Shown: positions 49,311-59,652 of the stretch, in pieces
Layout: each line of letters opens with the position of its first letter
Position numbering within the stretch: position 1 is the stretch's first letter
Notes under the pieces: generated by a model
Told to the model about the DNA's origin: nothing
Seen by the model: the letters and a program-made list of their open reading frames with translations, nothing else
Database searches by the model: none
Translations under genes and position numbers: made by a program
Origin: an uncultured Desulfatitalea sp.
Lineage (GTDB): Bacteria; Desulfobacterota; Desulfobacteria; Desulfobacterales; Desulfosarcinaceae
Length of the DNA stretch: 64,000 bases
Assembly: GCA_963668675.2 (NCBI GenBank)
Contig: CAXXMB010000002.1
Span: forward strand, 2,272,001 to 2,336,000
Reading direction: 5' to 3'

Positions 49311-50540
49311 ATGAGTGCGAACGCCCTGCCCGATTGTAAATTCAGAAGATGGTGTCTTGTCAGTGTGCTGGTGATCGTGGCCATCTGCATCTCCTGCGCG
49401 CCGAAACCGGTTTTGCGAGAACCGGCGCTGGTGTGTATCCCTGCGGGGGAGCAGCCGCAGTTTGTGGACGATGCCGATTATGAGCAGCTGGCGCGCAGTC
49501 TCGAGATGAGCCTGGTCTATCTGCGTAAACGGCCGCCCCAAAAAGAGGTCCGTTTCGGAGCCGATGCCTACACGGTGGCCCACCTTATACGATCTTTGGA
49601 GCGTTTTGCCGATCTGATCGAAGATCGCCCCTCGCCAGAGCTGCTGAACCGCCGGATCAGAGAGCACTTTCTGGTATACCGCGCCGCAGGGCAAGGCGAT
49701 ACGCACCAGGTGCTGTTTACCGGCTATTACGAGCCGATACTGCACGGCAGCCTTACCCGTTCGGATCGCTTTCCAGTGGCCGTCCACTCCCGGCCGGCAG
49801 ACCTGGTGGAGATCGATCTGTCGGCCTTTGCCCGGGATCTCAAAGGGCGTCGCATCGTGGGGCAATATACCGGCCGAACGGTGATACCCTATCCGGATCG
49901 CCAGCAGATACGCCAAGACGCTGCCTTTGATCAAAAAGCGACACCCATCGCATGGCTGCGTGATGATGTGGACCTGTTCAACCTCATGGTCCAGGGGTCC
50001 GGAAAGATTGTTCTGGACGATGGGGAGATGTTCGATGTCCATTTTGACGCCTCCAATGGCCGCGCCTACCGGAGTATCGGCCGCCTGCTTATCGTTCAGG
50101 ACAAAATCAGCAAGGACAAGATGTCCATGCAGGCGATCCGGGACTACCTGAAGGCCAATCCCGACGAGGCCGATGCCGTCATGGATCACAATCCGCGCTA
50201 CATCTTCTTCCACCGTATCGAGCAGGGACCTTTAGGCGCGCTGGGGGTTGCACTGACGCCCAATCGCTCTTTGGCCGTTGACCGCCAACGCTTTCCCATG
50301 GCTGCCCTTGCGTTTATTGCACTGCCGACGCCCCGGGTGGACGATGAGGGCCGACTTGATGGTTGGCAATCGTATCATGGGTTCGTTCTGGCCCAGGACA
50401 CGGGTAGCGCCATCACTGGCGCCGGACGGGCCGACCTGTTCTGGGGGCATGGGGCGCGGGCGGAGACGGCGGCCGGCCACCTCAAGCACGACGGCCGGCT
50501 CTATTTCCTGGTGCTCAAGCCCACTGAGGCGGGTCTTTAA
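49311..50540 (+). CDS. mltA: Murein lytic transglycosylase A
   Basis: FTGYYEP, VQGSG, NPRYIFF, QDTGSAI..RADLFWG. Confidence 0.93.
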   Translation: MSANALPDCKFRRWCLVSVLVIVAICISCAPKPVLREPALVCIPAGEQPQFVDDADYEQLARSLEMSLVYLRKRPPQKEVRFGADAYTVAHLIRSLERFADLIEDRPSPELLNRRIREHFLVYRAAGQGDTHQVLFTGYYEPILHGSLTRSDRFPVAVHSRPADLVEIDLSAFARDLKGRRIVGQYTGRTVIPYPDRQQIRQDAAFDQKATPIAWLRDDVDLFNLMVQGSGKIVLDDGEMFDVHFDASNGRAYRSIGRLLIVQDKISKDKMSMQAIRDYLKANPDEADAVMDHNPRYIFFHRIEQGPLGALGVALTPNRSLAVDRQRFPMAALAFIALPTPRVDDEGRLDGWQSYHGFVLAQDTGSAITGAGRADLFWGHGARAETAAGHLKHDGRLYFLVLKPTEAGL

Positions 50541-50702
50541 GTACGTTCGATTTCTTTTAAATTCGGTTTGTTGTGCCATTTGGCCATCGACCCGGTTCCG
50601 CTTGACAAGGATAGCTAAAAGCCATACAAGTGACGGACTGAAATATCGGCGCTTTCATGGTCATACGGCCATGGAGTACATACACCCAAAAGGAGTTCTT
50701 CC

Positions 50703-51119
50703 ATGTTCGGAATCGGCATGCCGGAACTGCTGCTCATCCTGGCAGTGGCGCTCATTGTCATCGGCCCGAAGAAACTGCCCGATCTGGCCAAATCACTGGG
50801 CCGGGCCATGGGAGAGTTCAAGCGTGCCACCAACGACCTTAAACAGAGCATCGAGCAGGATTCAGGTCTGGACGAGGTGCGCCAGAGCATGAAAGCGGTC
50901 AACCAGGACCTCCGCCAGTCGATCGATCCGATTGATGCCCGGCCGAAAACAGACGACGACGGGGATGATGATGTAAAGCGGGAGGAGGCGGCTGGAGCGG
51001 ATCCTTACGCTGAAGATCAGACCGATGAGGCCCCCGCCGGGGTATCATCGGATGAAGATGGTGTCGAAAAGCCGGATTCGGACATGCCCGACGCGTCTAA
51101 AGAGGGCAGCACCCGATGA
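50703..51119 (+). CDS. tatB: Tat translocase TatA/TatB subunit
   Basis: MFGIGMPEL..GPKKLP; precedes tatC. Confidence 0.85.
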   Translation: MFGIGMPELLLILAVALIVIGPKKLPDLAKSLGRAMGEFKRATNDLKQSIEQDSGLDEVRQSMKAVNQDLRQSIDPIDARPKTDDDGDDDVKREEAAGADPYAEDQTDEAPAGVSSDEDGVEKPDSDMPDASKEGSTR

Positions 51120-51895
51120 CCGACCTGGAGAAACAGCCCTTCACCGCACATCTAGAGGAGCTGCGGTCGCGGTTGATCAAGGCGTTCATTGCCGTGACCA
51201 TCGGTTTTCTGGCCTCCTACTTTTTCAAGGAGCAGATTTTTCATATCCTCACCCTGCCGCTGGTGAAGGTGATGAAAGAGGGCGACCACCTCATCTATAC
51301 CAACCTGCCCGAGGCCTTTTTCACCTTTCTAAAAGCAGCTTTTATCTCCGGACTGATGCTGGCCTCACCCTATCTGTTGTATCAATTCTGGATGTTCATT
51401 GCGCCGGGACTTTACGACAAGGAGAAGCGGTTGGTGCTGCCCATATTGTCACTCTCCACCCTTTTTTTCGTGGGCGGCGCGCTGTTCGGCTACTTTGTGG
51501 TTTTTCCCATCGGTTTCGAGTTTTTTCTCAGCTTTGCCAGTGAAACCATCCGGCCCATGCCCTCGATGAAGGCTTATCTGGGGTTCTCCTCCAAGCTGTT
51601 GCTGGCGTTTGGTGTGGCCTTCGAGATGCCCCTGGTGCTCACCTTTCTGGCGCGGCTGGGCATCGTGTCGGTCGATCTGCTCAAGCGAAATCGAAAGTAT
51701 GCTATCCTGCTCTTCTTTGTGGGCTCGGCGGTCTTGACGCCGCCCGATGTGGTGACCCAGGTCTTCATGGCCCTGCCCATGATGCTGTTATACGAGTTGA
51801 GCATTGTCGGAGCGCGCATGTTTGGGCGTAAGAAGGAGGTTGAGGAGACGCCGGAAGATGGCCCGGAGGCCTCCTCTCCGGAAGGAGAAGAATAA
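51116..51895 (+). CDS. tatC: Tat translocase TatC
   Basis: HLEELRSRL, FIAPGLY, FEMP, LTPPD. Confidence 0.96.
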   Translation: MTDLEKQPFTAHLEELRSRLIKAFIAVTIGFLASYFFKEQIFHILTLPLVKVMKEGDHLIYTNLPEAFFTFLKAAFISGLMLASPYLLYQFWMFIAPGLYDKEKRLVLPILSLSTLFFVGGALFGYFVVFPIGFEFFLSFASETIRPMPSMKAYLGFSSKLLLAFGVAFEMPLVLTFLARLGIVSVDLLKRNRKYAILLFFVGSAVLTPPDVVTQVFMALPMMLLYELSIVGARMFGRKKEVEETPEDGPEASSPEGEE

Positions 51896-52014
51896 CTGCC
51901 GTTTTTGGCAATGCCCGGGCAGCCATAGGTCTTTGCGCTTCGTTGACAGCCAAAACCGGAGTTGATAGAATTTTTGAATGCAGGCAAAATCAGTCCAAAG
52001 GAGGTGAACAATTG

Positions 52015-52464
52015 ATGAAGAGACGGTCATTGGCATTGATGGTTGTTGCAGCACTGGTGATGGTTATGGCGACGGCAGCCGCAATCTATGCGGCCACCGC
52101 ACCGGCTGAAATCAAGATGGAGGCGGCCTACAAACACAAGAAGAGCACTGTCGTTTTCACCCACCAGAAACACATCACCGATCACAAGATCACATGCGGA
52201 GAGTGTCACCACGATGATAAGGGGCAGCCGTTGAAGGATCTCAAAGATGGTGATCCGGTGAAAAGCTGCTTCGATTGCCACAACAAGCCCGGTGAATTGA
52301 AGGGTAAGAAGGCCAAGGGGTTGTCCTCTGAAGAGAAGTTGGCTTACCATGCGAATGCGCTTCATAAGAACTGCATCGATTGCCACAAGAAGTATAACAA
52401 AGAGAACAAGACCAAAGCGGCACCACAGAAGTGCACGGATTGCCATCCCAAAAAGAAGAAGTAG
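52015..52464 (+). CDS. Tetraheme cytochrome c3
   Basis: Signal peptide; CGECHH, CFDCH, CIDCH, CTDCH; strong AGGAGGTG RBS. Confidence 0.94.
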   Translation: MKRRSLALMVVAALVMVMATAAAIYAATAPAEIKMEAAYKHKKSTVVFTHQKHITDHKITCGECHHDDKGQPLKDLKDGDPVKSCFDCHNKPGELKGKKAKGLSSEEKLAYHANALHKNCIDCHKKYNKENKTKAAPQKCTDCHPKKKK

Positions 52465-52493
52465 TTCTGGGGATATCGGAATTTTTTCAAGCA

Positions 52494-52536
52494 GAAAGGG
52501 CCGGTTGCCTTGGGGCAACCGGCCCTTTTCTTTTTT
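52494..52536 (+). terminator. Rho-independent terminator
   Basis: AAAGGGCCGGTTGCC-TTGG-GGCAACCGGCCCTTT followed by a T tract. Confidence 0.88.
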
Positions 52537-52644
52537 ATTCTCATTGCGCCATCAAGCCGGAGCGCTCTCGCCTTGAGATCGTCTGATCACTTTCGATCCC
52601 GGGCAGACATCTGCAGCGGTCTTGCCGTGCCGTATGTGCGGGTG

Positions 52645-52812
52645 TTACACCTCTTCGAGGTCCGTCACGCACTCTTCACTCTGGGCATGGTTGCCGGCCC
52701 ATCTGACCAGTACGTAATCGGGCTTGCCCTGCACCGATCCCTCGACAATACCGCACGAGCCATCCATTTTGCGGCTGAAATCTCTATAGGTTACCATTGA
52801 GCCTTGATCCAT
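52645..52812 (-). CDS. Small hypothetical protein (55 aa)
   Basis: MDQGSMVTYRDFSRKMDGSCGIVEGSVQGKPDYVLVRWAGNHAQSEECVTDLEEV; GGGGTG RBS; sigma-54 motif upstream. Confidence 0.6.
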   Translation of the reverse strand: MDQGSMVTYRDFSRKMDGSCGIVEGSVQGKPDYVLVRWAGNHAQSEECVTDLEEV

Positions 52813-52850
52813 CTTCTTTCACCCCTTGTCGTAGCATTAGCCTCTCAAGC

Positions 52851-52866
52851 AGCAAAAACCATGCCG
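52851..52866 (-). promoter_or_regulatory. Sigma-54 promoter candidate
   Basis: Minus strand CGGCAT-GGTTT-TTGCT; IHF-like TATCAATTACATA near 52910. Confidence 0.55.
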
Positions 52867-53219
52867 CCTATCGGGCGATATTTCCGCGCAGCTGAAATTG
52901 GATCTGTTATATCAATTACATATGGCAACACTCCACTTCCGGGCAAGCCGTGTTTTCCCAAGGAAAACGAGTCGTTTGTAAATCCAGATACATAATGAGT
53001 GTGAAGCTTTTTTCCCATTGTGGTGTGCCAAACCAGTTGGGTCACGGCCGATAAGTGTTTCAACCGACAGACAACCCTTATCAGTGTCTATCGGTTTTGG
53101 CAAGGCTCAACATATAGGCGTATTTAAACGGATTAACACCATGGATGGTGGTCTGGACGGATAGACGATAGTGGCTTGTCAAGGATTTCGCATCGAACAG
53201 AACCCTGTTTTGTGCCACG

Positions 53220-56200
53220 TCACATATTGCGGCGGTATTTTCCACCGACTTCATACAGCGCCTGGGTAATTTGGCCCAAGCTGCAGAAGCGCACGGTCTC
53301 CATCAGGGCTTCGAAGGTGTTGCCGTCGTTGAGGGCCGCCTGCTGGAGTTGCTTCAGTGCCGCGGGGGCCTGCTCGGCATTGCGTTGCTGGAAGGTGCGC
53401 AGCCGGTCCAGTTGGCAGCGCTTCTCTTCGGGAGTCGATCGGGCCAGTTCGACAGTGAAGTGATCCTCGAAGGAGGCATCGCCGACGTGGGGGTCCCGGA
53501 AGGTGTTGACGCCGATGATGGGCAGTTCACCGGTGTGTTTTAGGGTTTCGTAGTAGATCGACTCCTCCTGGATTTTGCTCCGTTGGTATCCGGTCTCCAT
53601 TGCGCCGAGCACACCGCCACGGCGGGTGATGCGGTCGAATTCGGCCAGTACTGCCTCCTCCACCAGATCGGTCAACTGCTCAACAATAAAGCTGCCCTGC
53701 AGTGGGTTTTCATTCTTGGCCAGTCCCCACTCGCGGTTGATGATCATCTGAATGGCCAGGGCCCGGCGCACCGACTCTTCGGTGGGGGTGGTGATCGCTT
53801 CGTCAAAGGCATTGGTGTGCAGGCTCTGGCAGTTGTCGTAGATGGCGCAAAGGGCCTGCAGGCTGGTGCGGATGTCGTTGAACTGGATGTCCTGGCTGTG
53901 CAGGGAGCGGCCCGAGGTCTGGATGTGGTACTTGAGCATTTGCGATCGCGATCCGCCACCGTAAAGGTCGCGCAGAGCGATGGCCCAGATGCGGCGGGCC
54001 ACCCGGCCGATGACGGTGTACTCCGGGTCCATACCGTTGGAGAAGAAGAAGGAGAGGTTGGGGCCGAAGCTGTCGATGGGCATTCCCCTGGAGAGGTAGT
54101 ATTCGAGATACGTAAAGCCGTTTGCCAAGGTAAAGGCGAGCTGTGAGATGGGGTTGGCGCCGGCTTCGGCAATGTGATAGCCCGAGATCGAAACACTGTA
54201 GAAGTTGCGTACCCGGTGATCCACGAAGTACTGCTGGATGTCGCCCATCATGCGCAGGGCAAAGTCGATGGAGAAGATACAGGTGTTCTGCCCCTGGTCC
54301 TCTTTGAGGATGTCGGCCTGCACCGTGCCGCGCACCGATGAAAGGGCCTCGGACTTGAGGGTGGCGTACTCCTGGGCGTCCGGGGTGCGGCCCTTCTCTG
54401 CCGTGAAGCGGTCGACCTGCTGATCGATGGCCGTGTTGAGAAACATGGCCAGCATGATGGGGGCCGGTCCGTTGATGGTCATAGAGACCGATGTGGTGGG
54501 CGCGCACAGGTCGAAACCGTCATAGAGGGTTTTGACATCGTCCAGGGTGCAGACGCTCACGCCGGCATTGCCGATCTTGCCGTAGATGTCGGGGCGCTCG
54601 TCGGGATCGAATCCGTAGAGCGTCACGGAATCGAAGGCGGTTGAGAGCCGCTTGGCCGAGCTGTCGGCTGAGAGCATCTTAAAGCGCCGGTTGGTGCGGG
54701 CCGGGTCGCCCTCGCCGGCAAACATGCGGGTGGGGTCTTCGCCGGTGCGTTTGAGCGGGAAGACGCCGGACGTAAAAGGAAAGAAGCCGGGCAGGTGCTC
54801 GCGCCGCAACCAGCGGAACAGAGTCCCGGGCTCATCAAAGTCAGGCAGGGCGATTTTGGGAATTTGGTTTTGAGACAGTGACGCATAGTAGAGGGGGGTG
54901 CGCACCTCGTTGTCGCGCACCCGGTAAACCAGCTGCTTCTGGCTGTATTGCTGCTTGATCTCTTCCCAATCTTCCAACAACCGGCTGCTTGCCGGGTCGA
55001 CGGACTGGCGAGCGCGGGCCACCTCCTCCTTGAGACGGGTGAGAAGATTATCGCTCTTTTCGTCGGAGACGGATTGGCCTGCCTGTTCGAGGGCCCATAC
55101 CCGGCGCAGCAATTCGGTCTGCTGCTCGGTCTGGCGGTGATAGCGGCGGACAGCCGAGGAGATCTCTGCCAAGTAGCGGGTGCGCTCCGGAGGAATGATA
55201 ATGGTCTGGGAGCTGGAGGTGGCAGTGGCCGGCTTGGGCAGGGTCGATTCAAAGGTCACTCCGGTTCGCGCTTCGATGGCATTCAACAGGGCGTGGTAGA
55301 GTGCCGTAACGCCGTCATCGTTGAATTTGGCCGCGATGGTGCCGAACACCGGCATCTGCTCGGGCGGGCGGTCGAAGGCGGTGCGGTTGCGCTGCACCTG
55401 CTTGCGCACATCGCGCACCGCATCCTCTCCACCGCGCTTTTCGTATTTGTTGACGGCGATCAGATCCGCATAGTCGAGCATGTCGATCTTTTCGAGCTGG
55501 GAAGCGGCCCCGAACTCGCTGGTCATGACATAGAGCGAAACGTCGCAGAGGTCGATGATGCTCGAATCGCCTTGGCCGATGCCGGCCGTTTCGAGAAATA
55601 TCAGGTTGAACCCGGCAGCCTTGGCGACCTTGATCGCATCGCCCAGGGATTCGGGGATTTCGGTCTGGGATGCGCGGGTGGCCACCGAGCGCATGAAAAT
55701 GCGTGGATTGCCGATGGCGTTCATGCGGATGCGGTCGCCCAGCAGGGCGCCTCCGGTCTTGCGGCGGGAGGGGTCGGCACTGAAGATGGCGGCCGTCAGA
55801 TCAGGCTGGTCGAGCAGAAGACGCTGAATCAATTCGTCGGTCAGCGAGGATTTGCCCGATCCGCCGGTGCCGGTGATGCCGACCACCGGAGTGGTGTGAT
55901 CGGCGGCTTTGGCATCCATTTGCCGGCGCCACTGCTCCAGACGATCCGGTTCCCGGATCTGCTCGACGCGCGTGATAAGGTTGGCCACACGTGTTCTGTT
56001 TTGGGGGGTCAGGTCTTGGAGGTCAAAGTGGTCATCCCGGAGAGCCGAGAAGTCCAATGTCTCGACCATATGGTTGATGATGCCCTGGAGCCCCAGGCGT
56101 GACCCGTCTTCGGGGGTATAGATCTTGGACACCCCGTACGCCTCCAGCTCCTCGACCTCGGCCGGTACAATCACACCGCCGCCACCGCCGAACACGTTGA

Positions 56201-56486
56201 CATGGGGCGCACCGGCATCTCTCAGCAGATCCACCAGGTATTTGAAGAACTCCAGGTGGCCGCCCTGGTAGGAGGAGACGGCCACTCCCTGCACATCCTC
56301 TTCGATGGCGGCGTCCACGATCTCCTGCACGGAGCGGTTGTGTCCCAAGTGGATCACCTCGACGCCGGTGGCTTGCAGCAGCCGGCGGTAGATGTTGATG
56401 GCGGCATCGTGGCCGTCGAAAAGGGCGGTGGCGGTGACCACTCGGATCGGGTGGTTGGGTCTATAGATGGTGTCGGGGTGGTCCAT
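53220..56486 (-). CDS. icmF: Fused isobutyryl-CoA mutase / MeaI GTPase
   Basis: FDGHD B12-binding domain, TGTGGSGKSS GTPase, PTRMFAGEG mutase; 1088 aa. Confidence 0.95.
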   Translation of the reverse strand: MDHPDTIYRPNHPIRVVTATALFDGHDAAINIYRRLLQATGVEVIHLGHNRSVQEIVDAAIEEDVQGVAVSSYQGGHLEFFKYLVDLLRDAGAPHVNVFGGGGGVIVPAEVEELEAYGVSKIYTPEDGSRLGLQGIINHMVETLDFSALRDDHFDLQDLTPQNRTRVANLITRVEQIREPDRLEQWRRQMDAKAADHTTPVVGITGTGGSGKSSLTDELIQRLLLDQPDLTAAIFSADPSRRKTGGALLGDRIRMNAIGNPRIFMRSVATRASQTEIPESLGDAIKVAKAAGFNLIFLETAGIGQGDSSIIDLCDVSLYVMTSEFGAASQLEKIDMLDYADLIAVNKYEKRGGEDAVRDVRKQVQRNRTAFDRPPEQMPVFGTIAAKFNDDGVTALYHALLNAIEARTGVTFESTLPKPATATSSSQTIIIPPERTRYLAEISSAVRRYHRQTEQQTELLRRVWALEQAGQSVSDEKSDNLLTRLKEEVARARQSVDPASSRLLEDWEEIKQQYSQKQLVYRVRDNEVRTPLYYASLSQNQIPKIALPDFDEPGTLFRWLRREHLPGFFPFTSGVFPLKRTGEDPTRMFAGEGDPARTNRRFKMLSADSSAKRLSTAFDSVTLYGFDPDERPDIYGKIGNAGVSVCTLDDVKTLYDGFDLCAPTTSVSMTINGPAPIMLAMFLNTAIDQQVDRFTAEKGRTPDAQEYATLKSEALSSVRGTVQADILKEDQGQNTCIFSIDFALRMMGDIQQYFVDHRVRNFYSVSISGYHIAEAGANPISQLAFTLANGFTYLEYYLSRGMPIDSFGPNLSFFFSNGMDPEYTVIGRVARRIWAIALRDLYGGGSRSQMLKYHIQTSGRSLHSQDIQFNDIRTSLQALCAIYDNCQSLHTNAFDEAITTPTEESVRRALAIQMIINREWGLAKNENPLQGSFIVEQLTDLVEEAVLAEFDRITRRGGVLGAMETGYQRSKIQEESIYYETLKHTGELPIIGVNTFRDPHVGDASFEDHFTVELARSTPEEKRCQLDRLRTFQQRNAEQAPAALKQLQQAALNDGNTFEALMETVRFCSLGQITQALYEVGGKYRRNM

Positions 56487-56489
56487 GGA

Positions 56490-57218
56490 TCACTCCTTTC
56501 TATATGTTGCGCTCTCTCTGCGCGGTTCGGTCCGACCCTTGGTCCGGGTCTTCCCTGGGCAGGTCGTTTCGCGCGGGACGGCCTCTTGGCAGCGGTCGAG
56601 GATGAAGTCGGTCTGAATGCGGGTGTAGTCATCAATGGTGTAGCGGCCGGCCAGGAACCAGCGCCGGAAGGCCCACATATGGCCAATCACCGAGATGTTG
56701 TGGGCAATCAGGGCGAGGGTGTCGTCATCCATGGCTGCCAGCTCGCCCTCCCGGACAAGCTGGCGCAGTACGCCGGCAAAGAGATCGGTGATGCGGATCT
56801 CGTTTGATAGCAACTCCTTACGCCATTTGCCGGGTAGGGATTGCGTCTCCTGATAGATCAGCAGAATGTGATCTCCCATGCGGTGGCACACCTGGAGATA
56901 CTCCCGTATGACCGCAGCCAGGGGGTGGGTATTCGGATCGGAAAGCTTGAGGGCGTCACTGACCGCATTCTGCATCTCGGTGTGAATCACCGTGCAGACC
57001 AGGTAGAGGATATCCTCTTTGGTCGAGACATATTCGTAGAGCAAACCGTTTGATATACCGGCTGCCCGGGCAATCTGGCGGGTGGTGGTCTTGTGGAAGC
57101 CGCGTTCGAGAAACATCTCCACGGCTGCGTCTGCGATCTGGGTGCGCCGCCGCTCGACCAGGTGCTTGTCCTTGACTTGGGTGGGGATCTCTCTGAAGGC
57201 GGTGTTTCTGATTGCCAT
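56490..57218 (-). CDS. TetR-family regulator
   Basis: GFHKTTTRQIARAAGIS.GLLYEY..KEDIL HTH. Confidence 0.92.
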   Translation of the reverse strand: MAIRNTAFREIPTQVKDKHLVERRRTQIADAAVEMFLERGFHKTTTRQIARAAGISNGLLYEYVSTKEDILYLVCTVIHTEMQNAVSDALKLSDPNTHPLAAVIREYLQVCHRMGDHILLIYQETQSLPGKWRKELLSNEIRITDLFAGVLRQLVREGELAAMDDDTLALIAHNISVIGHMWAFRRWFLAGRYTIDDYTRIQTDFILDRCQEAVPRETTCPGKTRTKGRTEPRRESATYRKE

Positions 57219-57294
57219 GATAACCTTTTGCCCCTTTTGTTTAAATTCAGCCGGTTGTTTGCAACACGTGTAAGTGGAGGTCGTGCTGGTCGAT

Positions 57295-57312
57295 ATTGAG
57301 CGGGCGCTCAAT
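57295..57312. promoter_or_regulatory. Palindromic operator candidate
   Basis: ATTGAGCG-GG-CGCTCAAT, just downstream of a minus-strand TTGACA-N18-TATTTT. Confidence 0.6.
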
Positions 57313-57428
57313 CAAAAATAGTTGGACGCCCCGGCGGATGTCAAGCCTTAAATGGTGGCCTCCCGACTGACCGATGACGCACTGATCTCTTGACAACAGG
57401 ATAGATGCATGGATATGGTAAAAATCAA

Positions 57429-57446
57429 CTACCGACCGGACGGTAG
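57429..57446. promoter_or_regulatory. Palindromic operator candidate
   Basis: CTACCGACCGGACGGTAG (16/18 palindromic), downstream of TTGACA(57390)-N18-TATGGT. Confidence 0.6.
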
Positions 57447-57531
57447 GTAGCTGTTGCGGACTCGATCCTATGCGTGTTCCCTTCGGTCCGGAAAGTACGC
57501 TGCATCTCACGGATCGGAAAGAGACACCCTT

Positions 57532-58140
57532 ATGACCACGATGAAAGATAAGATCAAGAGAGTGGCCGTCGATCTGTTCTTCAAGAAAGGCTATTTTGCC
57601 ACCAGTATCAGTGAAATCGCCAAAGGATGCGATATTCGCAAAGCCAGCATATATTATCACTACTCCGGGAAAGAGGTGCTCCTGCTGGATATCATGCAGA
57701 CGACCATGCAGGATCTGCTCGTCAGTCTGCAGAAGCGTCTGTCGGATGCGGAGGAGATTGAGGCGAGCGTGCGTGCGGCCGTGCGAAACCATGTGCGGTT
57801 TCACCTGCGGCGCCAGAAGGAGACCTTCATCGCCAGTAGCGAACTCAGGGGGTTATCCGCCGAAAACTTCAAGGTCATCGCCGTCCGGCGTGATGAGTAT
57901 GAGCGCATTTTCCAAGACCTGATCGGCCGGGGTATCGATGACGGCATCTTCGCCGATGGTGATATCAAGATCCTCTCCTATGCGATTTTGACGCTTTGCA
58001 CGGCCGGCGCCTCCTGGTTCCGGCCCGAAGGGCGTCTTTCGGTAGAGCAGATCGCCGAGATTTATGAAAATTTTGTCATTAACGGACTCAAGAGTGCCCA
58101 ATGGGCGTCCGCAGGCCCAAAGGCCAGGGCGGTGTGTTGA
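57532..58140 (+). CDS. TetR-family regulator (KstR2-like C-terminus)
   Basis: GYFATSISEIA..IYYHY..KE, WFRPEGRLS. Confidence 0.92.
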   Translation: MTTMKDKIKRVAVDLFFKKGYFATSISEIAKGCDIRKASIYYHYSGKEVLLLDIMQTTMQDLLVSLQKRLSDAEEIEASVRAAVRNHVRFHLRRQKETFIASSELRGLSAENFKVIAVRRDEYERIFQDLIGRGIDDGIFADGDIKILSYAILTLCTAGASWFRPEGRLSVEQIAEIYENFVINGLKSAQWASAGPKARAVC

Positions 58141-58167
58141 CACCCGTCCGGATCTAGAAAGGAGGGT

Positions 58168-59319
58168 ATGGTGGATTTTGACTTGACCCGGGAACAGGAG
58201 ATGATCCGCAGGGAGGTGCGCGCCTTCGCCGAGAAAGAGATCGCACCGGTTGCTGCAGAACTGGATGACCAGGAGATCTTTTCGCCCGAGCTGACGCGCA
58301 AGATGGGTGAAATCGGTCTCTTCGGCATGATCGTTGACGAGGCGTATGACGGCCAGGACCTGGACTATCTCTCTTATATCATCGCCGTCGAGGAGGTCGC
58401 CCGGGTGGACGGCTCCCAGGCAGCCACCATCGCGGCGGGCAACTCGTTGGGGATCGGGCCCCTCTTTTACTTCGGCACCGAGGAGCAGAAGCACAAATAC
58501 CTGCCGCCCCTGTGCCGCGGCGAGGCGCTGTGGGGCTTTGGCCTGACCGAGCCCACAGCCGGATCGGACGCCGGGGGGAGCAAGACCACGGCGGTCAAGG
58601 ATGGCGACCACTGGGTGCTCAACGGCTCCAAGATCTTTATCACCAATGCGGCCTGCGACATGACGTTGGGTGTTACGGTGCAGGCAGTGACCGGCACGCG
58701 ACCGGGCGGCAAACCCGAGTACACCTGTTTCCTGGTCGAGCGGGGAACGCCCGGATTCAATGCTGTTCCCATGAAGGGCAAACTGATGTGGCGTGCATCC
58801 AATACGGCGGAGCTCTATTTCGACGATGTACGGGTGCCCGAAGAGAATATGCTGGGTCGCCAGGGTGACGGGTTTCATCAAATGCTCCAGACCCTGGATG
58901 GCGGCCGGCTCTCCATTGGGGCCATGGGGTTGGGTGGCGCCGTGGGGGCCTATGATCTGGCCCTCAAGTACGCCCGCAGCCGCGAGCAGTTCGGCCAACC
59001 GATCTCCAAGTTCCAGGCCGTGGCTTTCAAGTTGGCCGACAGCGCCATGGAGATCGAGTGCGGCCGGAACCTGCTCTACAAGGCGTGCTGGCTGCGCGAC
59101 CGGCATCGCCCTTTTGCCAAGGAGGCGGCCATGGCCAAGCTTTACTGCTCCGAGTTGATGGGGCGGGTGGCCGACCATGCCGTCCAGATCCATGGCGGGT
59201 ACGGGTTGATGAAAGACTACCATGTGGAGCGGTTTTACCGGGACCATAAACTGCTGGAGATCGGTGAGGGGACGTCTGAGGTGCAGCGGCTGGTGATATC
59301 GCGGCATATTGGGTGTTAG
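58168..59319 (+). CDS. Acyl-CoA dehydrogenase (short/branched chain)
   Basis: LTEPTAGSD, NGSKIFITN, REQFGQPI, QIHGGYG, IGEGTSE. Confidence 0.95.
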   Translation: MVDFDLTREQEMIRREVRAFAEKEIAPVAAELDDQEIFSPELTRKMGEIGLFGMIVDEAYDGQDLDYLSYIIAVEEVARVDGSQAATIAAGNSLGIGPLFYFGTEEQKHKYLPPLCRGEALWGFGLTEPTAGSDAGGSKTTAVKDGDHWVLNGSKIFITNAACDMTLGVTVQAVTGTRPGGKPEYTCFLVERGTPGFNAVPMKGKLMWRASNTAELYFDDVRVPEENMLGRQGDGFHQMLQTLDGGRLSIGAMGLGGAVGAYDLALKYARSREQFGQPISKFQAVAFKLADSAMEIECGRNLLYKACWLRDRHRPFAKEAAMAKLYCSELMGRVADHAVQIHGGYGLMKDYHVERFYRDHKLLEIGEGTSEVQRLVISRHIGC

Positions 59320-59401
59320 TCGATAATATGAATGAGGAAAGTTACACAGCAGTGCCGATTGGAAGGGGCGCGACAAATTGTAACGTTGTGGGCTGTTATC
59401 C

Positions 59402-59581
59402 GGCGGGTCCATTGGGTGGTCTGCACCTCACGCAAACGCATGCAAGTGCCGCTAAGGTGCAGTTCCGGGCGGCCCGGAAACTCGCTGCGCTCAAACAAGT
59501 TCGGACCGCTGATCCTCCACAGCACCTAAGCGGCACTAACATGCGATGCTCAAGAGGTGCAGACCACCCAATGGACCCGCC
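59402..59581. mobile_element. 180-bp foldback MITE-like element
   Basis: Perfect 28-bp TIR GGCGGGTCCATTGGGTGGTCTGCACCTC, a further internal dyad, and TCC on both flanks. Confidence 0.75.
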
Positions 59582-59652
59582 TCCATCTGTGAAATATGCG
59601 AAAATTGTAAGTTGACGAATATAGTTTTCAAGAGGCCAAAATAGGGGGGGCA

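Noticed and set aside
53015..53032. Minus-strand TTGGCAC as a sigma-54 promoter
   Set aside because: No TGC at the -12 position.
54715..54735. IcmF as a dedicated pivalyl-CoA mutase
   Set aside because: The Phe of PTRMFAGEG, typical of isobutyryl-CoA mutases, is retained.
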